Part shown: positions 44,808 through 53,085 of the stretch, piece after piece | How positions within the stretch are numbered: position 1 is the first letter of the stretch | How the letters are laid out: the number at the start of each line of letters is the position of its first letter | Assembly: GCA_044229575.1 (NCBI GenBank) | Contig: JBGAST010000016.1 | Coordinates: forward strand, 1,477-65,476 | Direction: 5' to 3' | Length of the DNA: 64,000 nucleotides | Source of the DNA: Holophagaceae bacterium | GTDB taxonomy: Bacteria > Acidobacteriota > Holophagae > Holophagales > Holophagaceae | Translations under genes and position numbers: made by a program | Notes under the pieces: model-generated | Told to the model about the DNA's origin: nothing | Database searches by the model: none | What the model saw: the letters and a program-made list of their open reading frames with translations, nothing else

Positions 44808-46844
44808 TCACTTCGCTTCCAGGGCCGCCTTGCGGGCCTTGATCACCGCGTCGGCCTCCCGGCCTTCCATCTCCTGGAGGTGGTCGAACTTCCAGGCGAA
44901 GGTGCCGACCCCCAGGGTGAGGGAGCGCAACTCCACGATCAGGTCGTGCATCTCGCTCTGGGGCAGGAAGGCGTTCACCACGTCCCAGCCCTTCCAGCCC
45001 TCCTTGGCGTCGAAGCCCAGGATCTGCCCGCCGCGGCGGCCGGTGACCAGGCGCTGGGCCTTGGCGGTGTGCTCGCTGGGCACGCTGATCTCCACGGACA
45101 CGATGGGTTCCAGGAGCACCGGCAGGCAGTGGGGCATGCCGTCGGTCATGGCCACGCGGGCGGCGGCCTTGAAGGCCATGTCGCTGCTGTCCACGGTGTG
45201 GTAGCTGCCGTTGGTGAGGGTGACCGCGATGTCCACCACCGGGAAGCCGAGGGGGCCCTGCTTCAGGTAGTCCTTCACGCCGTTGTCCACGGAGCTGAAG
45301 TACTGGCGGGGCACCACGCCGCCCACGATGGTCTCGGCGAATTCGTACCCTGAGCCCCGGGGGAGGGGCTTGATGTCCAGGTACACGTCGCCGAAGGCGC
45401 CGTGCCCGCCGGACTGGTGCTTGTAACGGCCGTGCTGGTTGACGGGCTTCCGGATGGTCTCCTTGTAGGGCACCTGGGGCCGCTCGGACTTCACGTCCAG
45501 GCCGAAGCGGTTCTTGAGGCGGTCCAGGGCGTTCTTCAGGTGGATCTCCCCCTGGCCCCAGAGGAGCTGCTCGTGGGTGTCGGCATTCTGCTCCACGCTG
45601 AGGCTCGGGTCCTCCTCGCAGAGCTTGTGCAGCGCTCCGCTCAGCTTCACCTCGTCGCCCATCTTGGTGACCTTCATGGCGATGCAGGTGAAGGGCTGGA
45701 GGGGCGCCGGCCAATCCAGCTCGGGGGCGCGTCCGGTGGCGACGGTCTGGCCGGTGACGGCCTCCTCCAGGCGGCCCAGGGAGACGACCTCTCCCACGGC
45801 GGCCTTGGCGACCTTCTCCTGCTTCGCCCCCATGAGCCGCATGATCCCGTTGAGGCGCGCGCCGTTCAGGGTCGCGCCATCGGGGATCTCCCCACGCCAG
45901 ATGCGCGCCAGACTCTGCTTCCCCACATGGGGGGCGTGGATGGTCTTGAAGATCTGGGCCAGGGGTTCGCTGCCCGCCGGCACGCCCACCCTCGCCGCGG
46001 TGGCGGCGGCCTCCGGGGCCTCGTCCCGCAGGGCCTGCAGCAGGCGCTTGATGCCATGGTCGCCTTCGGCGCTGCCAAAGAAGACCGGGACGATGAGGTC
46101 CTGCTCCAGGTCCTTCTTGAGGTTCTCGGAGATCTCCTCCGCGGGCGGATTCACGTCCCCGAGCAGCTCCTCCATCAGATGGTCGTCGAAGTCCGCCAGG
46201 CGCTCCAGCATCTCCTGGCGCGCCGCGTGCTCTTCGGGCAGCACGCCTTCGGGAAGCTGCATGAGGTCCGCGTCCTCGTGGCCCTTGTATCCGTAGGCGT
46301 GCTCGCTCACCAGGTCCACGAAGCCCGTGATGACGCCGTTCTCCTTGAGGGGGATCTCCCGGAGGATCAGGGGCCGGGAGCTGATGGCCTGGAGCCCGGC
46401 GAGGGTTTCGCTGATCTTCGCGTCGCCGCCGGGGTCCACCTTGTTGATGAACAGCACGTGGGGGATCTTGCGCTCGTCGAGGAACTGCAGGATCGGCGCC
46501 ACCGTGGGCGCCTTGTGGGGCTCAGGCTCGGCCACCACCACCGCCACGTCCACCACCAGCAGCGCGTTCATGGCGTCCTGGGTGAATTCCACGGAGCCCG
46601 GGCAGTCGATGAAGGTCCAGCTTTCGCCCAGGTAGGCCGCGGAGGCGACGCTGAGCTCCACGCTCATGCCGCGGTTCTTGGCCTCGGCGGAGCTGTCGCC
46701 CACCGAGTTGTGCTCCTTGACCGAGCCCTTCTTCGGGATCGCTCCGCACTGCAGGAGGATCGCCTCCAGGAGCGAGGTCTTGCCGCTGAGGTAGGGTCCG
46801 ACCAGGGCCGCGGCCCTGGGTCCGGAGGGGGCAATGCCCGTCAT
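44808..46844 (-). CDS. Elongation factor G paralogue (EF-G-like GTPase) with atypical switch II
   Basis: The G domain has GPYLSGKT (P-loop), DCPGSVEF (in place of DTPGHVDF) and NKVD. EF-G domains II-V are recognisable. I chose the start at 46844. Confidence 0.9.
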   Translation of the reverse strand: MTGIAPSGPRAAALVGPYLSGKTSLLEAILLQCGAIPKKGSVKEHNSVGDSSAEAKNRGMSVELSVASAAYLGESWTFIDCPGSVEFTQDAMNALLVVDVAVVVAEPEPHKAPTVAPILQFLDERKIPHVLFINKVDPGGDAKISETLAGLQAISSRPLILREIPLKENGVITGFVDLVSEHAYGYKGHEDADLMQLPEGVLPEEHAARQEMLERLADFDDHLMEELLGDVNPPAEEISENLKKDLEQDLIVPVFFGSAEGDHGIKRLLQALRDEAPEAAATAARVGVPAGSEPLAQIFKTIHAPHVGKQSLARIWRGEIPDGATLNGARLNGIMRLMGAKQEKVAKAAVGEVVSLGRLEEAVTGQTVATGRAPELDWPAPLQPFTCIAMKVTKMGDEVKLSGALHKLCEEDPSLSVEQNADTHEQLLWGQGEIHLKNALDRLKNRFGLDVKSERPQVPYKETIRKPVNQHGRYKHQSGGHGAFGDVYLDIKPLPRGSGYEFAETIVGGVVPRQYFSSVDNGVKDYLKQGPLGFPVVDIAVTLTNGSYHTVDSSDMAFKAAARVAMTDGMPHCLPVLLEPIVSVEISVPSEHTAKAQRLVTGRRGGQILGFDAKEGWKGWDVVNAFLPQSEMHDLIVELRSLTLGVGTFAWKFDHLQEMEGREADAVIKARKAALEAK

Positions 46845-46964
46845 GAGTGCCTCCAAAAAGTGCTGGTCTGGGTGGGTGAAGTTTATTGGGGAATCCCAAG
46901 GTGGCAAGCGTTAAGAGGCCGCGGGCCCTTGCGGGCCGGGACCGGCAGGCGCCAGGATGCCGCC

Positions 46965-48353
46965 ATGCCTTTCCTTCCGACCTGGGCCTGGATCCTGGCG
47001 GGCCTGTTCGCCGCCCTGGCGGCGGCCCGCGCCGCGCGCTCCCGGCTGCGCAGGTCCTTCTTCCGCCTAGCGGTGAGGACCCGCCGGGAGCTCGGCGTGA
47101 AGCTGAACCCGGTGACCTTCACCCGCAAGCAGAAGCTGAAGGCGGAGCTCCTGGAGGACCGGGAGCTGCAGGCGTTCGTGGCGCGCCGGGCGGCGGAGAC
47201 GGGGCAGGACGAAAGCGCCCTCTGGGCGGATGTGAACGAATATCTGGAGGAGATCATTCCTGCCTTCAAGCTGCTCACCACCTACCGCTACGGGAGACGG
47301 GTGGCCGGGGCGCTGCTGCGCGGGCTCTACCGGGTGCGCGTCGGGCGCAGCGCCGAAGCTGAATTGAACCAGATCCCCCGTACGGCTTCGGTGATCTATG
47401 TCATGAACCACCGCAGCAACGCGGACTACGTGCTGGTGGCCTTCCTCCTGGCCAACCGCGTGGCCCTCTCCTACGCCGTGGGGGAATGGGCCCGGGTGTG
47501 GCCCCTGGAGCGGATCTTCAAGAGCTTCGGCTCCTTCTTCATCCGCCGGAACTTCCGGGACCCGCTCTACCACGAGGTGCTGGAGCGCTACGTTCAGCGC
47601 GCGGTGGTAGCGGGCGTCACCCAGGGCATCTTCCTCGAAGGGGGACTGAGCCGGGACGGCGCCCTGCTGAAGCCCAAGCTCGGCCTCCTGGACTACATGG
47701 CGCGCGCGAAGGCGGACCTCGTGTTCGTCCCCGTCGGCCTCAACTACGATCGCGTCCTGGAGGATGTGAGCCTCACGGAGGAAGCCTCCCGCGGGGAGGC
47801 TCCCCGGACCCGGGCCGGGACGCGAGGCAAGCGGCCGTCCTCCCTGCGCCGGACCGCGTTCTGGATCCTGGGCCTGGTCCTGCGGGGCGCGACGGGGCGC
47901 TTCCACCGCATGGGCTACGCGGTGGCGAATTTCGGTCCGCCCGTCCCGGCCCGGGACTACCTGCCCGAAGGCTTCGCGGCCCTCGGATGGGAGCAGCGCA
48001 AGCCGCACCTCGAAGCGCTCGCGGCGCGGCTGATGGCGGCGGTCGGCGCCGAGATACCGGTGACGCCAGTGGCCCTGGTGGCCTGGGCCTTCCAGAGCCT
48101 CGGTCCGGGCCCCGTCGCCGTCCCCGAACTGGAGGCCGCCTGCGGGGCGCGCTTCAGCGAAGCCCGGGACCGGGGGCTGCCGGCCTACCTGGCGCGGGGG
48201 GAGGCCGCCCGCGCCGTGGCCATGGGCATCCGCATCCTGGCCCTCCGGGGCATCCTGCTGGAGCGGGACGGCACGCTGCGCCCGGCGCCGGGACGGGAGG
48301 CCCTGCTGGACTACTACGCCGCCAGCGTGGCCCACCACTTCCCGCCGGGCTGA
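46965..48353 (+). CDS. Glycerol-3-phosphate/lysophospholipid acyltransferase (PlsB-like GPAT family)
   Basis: An N-terminal TM helix is present, with HX4D motif NHRSNADY and FLEGGLSRDG block. I chose the start at ATG 46965, inside shadow ORF 45402..48353. Confidence 0.8.
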   Translation: MPFLPTWAWILAGLFAALAAARAARSRLRRSFFRLAVRTRRELGVKLNPVTFTRKQKLKAELLEDRELQAFVARRAAETGQDESALWADVNEYLEEIIPAFKLLTTYRYGRRVAGALLRGLYRVRVGRSAEAELNQIPRTASVIYVMNHRSNADYVLVAFLLANRVALSYAVGEWARVWPLERIFKSFGSFFIRRNFRDPLYHEVLERYVQRAVVAGVTQGIFLEGGLSRDGALLKPKLGLLDYMARAKADLVFVPVGLNYDRVLEDVSLTEEASRGEAPRTRAGTRGKRPSSLRRTAFWILGLVLRGATGRFHRMGYAVANFGPPVPARDYLPEGFAALGWEQRKPHLEALAARLMAAVGAEIPVTPVALVAWAFQSLGPGPVAVPELEAACGARFSEARDRGLPAYLARGEAARAVAMGIRILALRGILLERDGTLRPAPGREALLDYYAASVAHHFPPG

Positions 48354-48449
48354 GGACGCGTCCTCCCTCGGCTATTCCGAACGGACCTCTCCGGATTAGC
48401 TGGCTGAACGATCCCGCGCCCTTCCGTATCCTGCGGGAGGAGGTGCCCC

Positions 48450-49232
48450 ATGGCGCGGATGGACGAAGTGGACTATCGGATCCACGGCGAGGACCTGCAG
48501 TTCGTGGAGATCGAGCTGGACCCCGGCGAGGCCGCCATCGCCGAACCCGGCGGGATGATGTACATGGATCCGGGGATCGCGCTGGATACGGTGTTCGGGG
48601 ACGGGTCGGGGCAGGACCAGGGTTTCATGGGCGCGCTGCTGGGGGCGGGCAAGCGGCTCCTGACCGGCGAGAACATCTTCACGACGGTCTTCCACAACGA
48701 GGGGAAAACGAAGCAGGTGGTGGCCTTCGCCGCGCCCTACCCGGGCCGCATCATGCCCCTCGACCTGGGGGACCTGGGCGGCGAGCTCATCTGCCAGAAG
48801 GACAGCTTCCTCGCCGGGGCCAAGGGCGTGAGCCTCGGCATCGCCCTCAATCGCCGCCTGGGGGCGGGTCTCTTCGGCGGGGAGGGCTTCATCCTCCAGC
48901 GCCTCAGCGGCGACGGCCTGGTCTTCATCCACGCCGGTGGCATGATCCTCGACCGGGTGCTGCAGCCCGGGGAGACCCTGCGGGTGGACACGGGCTGCAT
49001 CGTGGCCATGCAGCCCTCGGTGCGCTACGACATCCAGCTGGTGAGGGGCGTCAAGAGCGCCCTCTTCGGCGGCGAGGGCCTCTTCTACGCCACCCTGACG
49101 GGACCGGGCCGGATCTGGCTTCAGAGCCTGCCCTTCTCCCGCATGGCGGACCGAATCCTCGCCGCCACCCGCCACCGCCAGGAGGAGGGTTCCGTGCTCG
49201 GCGGCGTGGGCCGCATCCTCAACGGGGGCTGA
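48450..49232 (+). CDS. AIM24 / TIGR00266 (DUF124) family protein
   Basis: Characteristic family layout: ..GEAAIAEPGGMMYMD.., FGGEGFILQRLSG.G.VFI.A.G.., FGGEGLFYATLTGPG.IWLQS. Confidence 0.85.
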   Translation: MARMDEVDYRIHGEDLQFVEIELDPGEAAIAEPGGMMYMDPGIALDTVFGDGSGQDQGFMGALLGAGKRLLTGENIFTTVFHNEGKTKQVVAFAAPYPGRIMPLDLGDLGGELICQKDSFLAGAKGVSLGIALNRRLGAGLFGGEGFILQRLSGDGLVFIHAGGMILDRVLQPGETLRVDTGCIVAMQPSVRYDIQLVRGVKSALFGGEGLFYATLTGPGRIWLQSLPFSRMADRILAATRHRQEEGSVLGGVGRILNGG

Positions 49233-49249
49233 GCCTCCCCGGAACGCGG

Positions 49250-49274
49250 GAAGGGCGCCCGGCGGGCGCCCTTC
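49250..49274. terminator. GC-rich hairpin between convergent genes, same sequence as at 28851
   Basis: The hairpin is GAAGGGCGCC-cggc-GGGCGCCCTTC followed by CTTTTCC. It lies between the stops at 49232 (+) and 49298 (-). Confidence 0.6.
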
Positions 49275-49297
49275 CTTTTCCTGCTTGAGGCACGGCG

Positions 49298-50443
49298 CTA
49301 CTGGGAGACCGCGAAGGCCACCCGGTCGTTGCGCACGCGCTCGAGATCCAGGATCTTCACCGTGGCGGTGCTGCGGTCCTCGCTGTAGGTCAGGGAGTAG
49401 TGCTCGTCCTTCACCAGCGAGCCGGGGATGACGTTCACTTTGCCGATCTTGGCGATCCCCATCTCCACCGCCTTGATGGTGATCACGGCGTCGCCATCCA
49501 GGGCGAGGTCCCGGTCAAACTTCGCGGACTTGGCGTTGGGGCCCATGCGGTCCTTGGCGAAGATGGGCACCACGATGACGCCCTCCGCCTCCAGCTTCTT
49601 CCGCTCGCCGACCAGGTAGTGCATGGAGTTGAGCTTCGCCTTCTGCTGGGTGGAGAGGGTGGTCAGGCCGTTCACCTGGTCCATCAGCCCGGTCTTCTCC
49701 GTGCGCAGGGCCTCGATGTCCGCCTCGATCTTGGTCTTGGTGACGATGAGGCCGTCCACCTTCTGTTGCAGCTCGTCGGCCATCTTCTTGGCGTCGTCCC
49801 GCTCGCCTTCCAGCTTCTGCTTGGCCTGCTTGGTGGCCTCCGTGGGGCTGATGTCGGCCTTGCCCTGGGCCACGGAGGAGCCGTACTTGCCGTTCACGTA
49901 GAAGTGGTAGACCTCCCAGCCCGGCTTCAGCTCTTCCAGGATGTGGGTCTTGGCGATCAGCTCCTTGGCCTGCTCCTCGTCCACGCCGCGCTTGCGCAGG
50001 AAGCGCAGGGCCATGGCGTAGTGGTTGTCGCCGTCCTTGGCGACCTCGGGGCGGGGCAGCAGGGAGCGCACGCCGGCCAGCTTCTTGTTCAGCACCGCGA
50101 TCTCGGCGTCCTTGTCCAGGATCACCTGGAGCAGGTCGCCGGTGCCCGTGCCCTTCTCCTCCTTCAGGCGCTTCTCGAGGAGGGCCTTCTGCTCCGGGCT
50201 GAGCTGCATCGTTTCGGGGTTCGGCTTGGCGTCCGGCATCTTCGCGGCGTCCGCGGCCTTGGCCTGGGCCTGGGCGGCCCCCTGGATCTGCTGCTGGATG
50301 GCCTGGGCCTCGTTGGCCTTGGCCGCCAGGGTCTGCACCTGCTTGTCCTCCTGCGGCTTCCTGTCGCAGGCGAGCGTCGTGATCAGGAGGGCGGGGGCGA
50401 GGAGGCCCGGCAGGGCCCATCGGGTGAATTTGGTTCGGTTCAT
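49298..50443 (-). CDS. Coiled-coil lipoprotein, hypothetical
   Basis: The start MNRTKFTRWALPGLLAPALLITTLAC includes a lipobox. Long Gln/Lys/Glu/Ala heptad-like stretches are followed by a globular C-terminal domain. Confidence 0.6.
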   Translation of the reverse strand: MNRTKFTRWALPGLLAPALLITTLACDRKPQEDKQVQTLAAKANEAQAIQQQIQGAAQAQAKAADAAKMPDAKPNPETMQLSPEQKALLEKRLKEEKGTGTGDLLQVILDKDAEIAVLNKKLAGVRSLLPRPEVAKDGDNHYAMALRFLRKRGVDEEQAKELIAKTHILEELKPGWEVYHFYVNGKYGSSVAQGKADISPTEATKQAKQKLEGERDDAKKMADELQQKVDGLIVTKTKIEADIEALRTEKTGLMDQVNGLTTLSTQQKAKLNSMHYLVGERKKLEAEGVIVVPIFAKDRMGPNAKSAKFDRDLALDGDAVITIKAVEMGIAKIGKVNVIPGSLVKDEHYSLTYSEDRSTATVKILDLERVRNDRVAFAVSQ

Positions 50444-50611
50444 GGCGGTCTCCAATGAAGGTCCAACTCGTGGATGTCTCCATTGTCGTCCAGGCTTCCC
50501 GCCCCGCCAAATGAGCGACTTCAGCCCCTCCGAGCCCCCGAAACCGCTGGCCGAATGGAAGGGCTGCATGGCTTTGACATACCTGTGACGAAGGCGCCCG
50601 ATGAACCGGTT

Positions 50612-51097
50612 TCAGGGCTCGAAATAGCCGTACAGGTAGGCGCTGACCACCGTGTCCGAGCTGCCCGCGTTGACCTTGGTGACCCGGAGCTCGACCTGGG
50701 TGCCGGCCGCGAAGCTGATGCCCGTGGTGAACTGCTCCCCGTAATCGAAGGAGGCCAGGGAGCCCTGGGTCGGGACGCGGACCATCTTCTGGTAGGTGGA
50801 GTTGTGCACGCCCGAGGTGGAAAAGCCGAGGCTGAGGTCGACGCCGTAGGAGCCGGTGAACCAGTAGCGGATGCCGGTCACCACAAACTTCTGCCCGGGC
50901 GGCACCACGATGTTGGAGCTCACCGGGAACTGCTGGATGTACGCGCCGTTCTGGAGCTGGTTCCAATAGAAATTGGCGGAGCCATAGACCTGGTTGCGGC
51001 GGAACACCACCAGGTTGGCGGCCGGGGCGGCCTGGGCGGACACGATGGGGAGCGAAACCAGGGCGAGGGCCATGGCGCGGGTCAGGAGGCGGGTCAT
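50612..51097 (-). CDS. Small secreted beta-rich hypothetical protein
   Basis: The signal peptide is MTRLLTRAMALALVSLPIVSAQA. The composition is non-shadow and rich in aromatic residues and Gly/Ser. Confidence 0.6.
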   Translation of the reverse strand: MTRLLTRAMALALVSLPIVSAQAAPAANLVVFRRNQVYGSANFYWNQLQNGAYIQQFPVSSNIVVPPGQKFVVTGIRYWFTGSYGVDLSLGFSTSGVHNSTYQKMVRVPTQGSLASFDYGEQFTTGISFAAGTQVELRVTKVNAGSSDTVVSAYLYGYFEP

Positions 51098-51213
51098 GGG
51101 AGTCTCCGGGGAAGGATGGCCCAGCCTAGGTCCTTCCGGCGGAAAGGGCCTGGACCACTTTCCAATCTCGCCTTCAGACCAGTGCCACGTAAGATCGAGG
51201 GGCTGGAGAGACC

Positions 51214-52572
51214 ATGCCGAAGATCGTCCGCATCGCCAATGGCCAGGGCTTCTGGGGGGACAGCATCGACGCCCCGGTGCGCCTCATCGAGTACGGGAGG
51301 ATCGACTACCTGAACCTCGACTACCTGGCGGAAGTCACCCTGTCCATCATGCAGAAGCAGAAGCGGAAGAATCCCGCGCTGGGCTACGCCACCGATTTCG
51401 TGGATCTCATGGCCCGCACCCTGCCGATGCTCAAGGCCAAGGGCATCCGCGTCATCGCCAACGCCGGCGGCGTGAATCCCGAGGCCTGCCGCACGGCCAT
51501 CCTCGAGGTCGCGAGGAAGCTCGGGGTGAAGGGCCTGAAGATCGCCACCGTGACCGGCGACGACGTCATGGGCCGGCTCGAGGAGTTCAAGGCCGCGGGC
51601 CTCCAGCTCGCCAACATGGACACCGGCGCGGGCCTCTTCGACGAGGAGCTGGAGATCATCAGCGCCAACGTCTACATGGAGACCGCGTGCATGGTGGAGG
51701 CCCTCGCCACCGGCGCCGACATCGTGCTGACGGGCCGCTGCACGGACCCCGGCCTGACGCTGGCGCCCCTCATCCACGAGTTCGGCTGGAAGGCCGACGA
51801 CTGGAACCGCCTCGCCGCGGGCACCATCGCGGGCCACATCCTGGAGTGCGGCGCCCAGTCCACCGGCGGCAACTTCTCCCGCTGGTGGGAGGTGCCGGAC
51901 CTCTGGAACGTGGGCTATCCGATCGCGGAAGTCAGCGAGGACGGCACCTTCGTCATCACCAAGGCCGAAGGCACCGGCGGCATGGTCACCGTGGACACCG
52001 TCAGCGAGCAGCTGGTCTACGAGATGGGGGATCCCGAGAACTACATCACCCCCGACGTGGTGGCGGACTTCACCTCCATCCGGCTGCGCCAGGAGGGCCC
52101 GGACCGCGTGGCCGTGAGCGGCATCCAGGGAAGGCCCAAGACGCCCTTCCTGAAGGTGAGCGGCAGCTACCTGAAGGGCTACAAGTCCACGGGCCAGCTC
52201 ACCCTGCCGGGGCCCCGTGCCCTGGAGAAGGCAAAGCTCTGCGCCGACATCGTGTGGAAGCGCCTGGAGGCCGCGGGCTGCGTGTTCGAGCACACGGACG
52301 CCGAGTTTCTGGGCGCCAGCACGGTGCACAAGGGCATCGCCTTCGAGCCCGCCGACCCCTCGGAGATCGTCCTGCGCCTGAGCGTCAAGGATCCCGACAA
52401 GCGGAAAGTGGAGCGCTTCGGCCGCGAGCTGGCGCCCCTCGTCACCGCCGGACCCGCCGGCGTCACCGGCTTCGCCGGGGGCCGGCCCAAGGCGCAGGAG
52501 ATCGTCGCCTACTGGCCCGCGCTGATCCCCCGGGAGCTCATCACATGGGCCGTGACGGTGGAAGAGGTCTGA
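51214..52572 (+). CDS. AtuA-like / DUF1446 family protein
   Basis: The N-terminus is VRIANGQGFWGDS, and the full-length similarity pattern is typical of the acyclic-terpene-utilisation AtuA family. Confidence 0.8.
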   Translation: MPKIVRIANGQGFWGDSIDAPVRLIEYGRIDYLNLDYLAEVTLSIMQKQKRKNPALGYATDFVDLMARTLPMLKAKGIRVIANAGGVNPEACRTAILEVARKLGVKGLKIATVTGDDVMGRLEEFKAAGLQLANMDTGAGLFDEELEIISANVYMETACMVEALATGADIVLTGRCTDPGLTLAPLIHEFGWKADDWNRLAAGTIAGHILECGAQSTGGNFSRWWEVPDLWNVGYPIAEVSEDGTFVITKAEGTGGMVTVDTVSEQLVYEMGDPENYITPDVVADFTSIRLRQEGPDRVAVSGIQGRPKTPFLKVSGSYLKGYKSTGQLTLPGPRALEKAKLCADIVWKRLEAAGCVFEHTDAEFLGASTVHKGIAFEPADPSEIVLRLSVKDPDKRKVERFGRELAPLVTAGPAGVTGFAGGRPKAQEIVAYWPALIPRELITWAVTVEEV

Positions 52573-52779
52573 ACCGGACCTCCGGGCCCGTTTGCCCGCA
52601 TCGAGATCACAACGCGGCTTCCCGAAGGGGCTCCGAAGGGCCCGGTCCGGAGGACCCACAGCCAGTAGTGGCGCGTGTTCCGGCCTGGAGGCGCCGGCCT
52701 GCGTCCACTCCTTCGCCCGGTTCCCCGCCCAAGCCACTTGTGACCAAGGTAACTCGGGTTTGACGTTCAAGAGGTGAAT

Positions 52780-53085
52780 ACTGGTGCGGTGAAGCCAGAC
52801 CTGGTTTCACCTTCTTCAAGGAGAAGATCCAAGGCGGGGGAAACTGTTCCATCCCTCCTGCCGGAAGCGCGAAGGGGGCCTCCCCAACGCAGGGCCACGA
52901 GAATCGGCCACGGAAGTCCACCAAAGGAAAAAAACAGAAAGGTCCTTGACCCTGGCCGTGGCCTGTCTGGATTCTAGACAAACTCATCCTATTGCCTATT
53001 TTTTTCTAGGGAGGTTCCGCATGCACAAGCGATTCCGGGTCATGCTGGCCGCGCCGCTGGGGCGGTTCGCGAGCGGAGGCACCCC
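52780..53085 (+). promoter_or_regulatory. Lower-GC upstream region of the porin-cytochrome operon (promoter/leader)
   Basis: Contains a hairpin GGTGAAGCCA-gacc-TGGTTTCACC (about 52789-52812) and an A-run GGAAAAAAACAGAAAGG. It also contains TTGACC, TCTAGACAAACTCATCCTATTGCCTATTTTTTTCTAGG, and a 22-codon uORF with its own GGGAGG. Confidence 0.45.

Noticed and set aside
52592-52987. Short ORFs (61, 67 and 126 aa) in the intergenic region upstream of the cytochrome operon
   Set aside because: They have no RBS, an arbitrary composition and mutual overlaps. I interpret the region as promoter/leader DNA.
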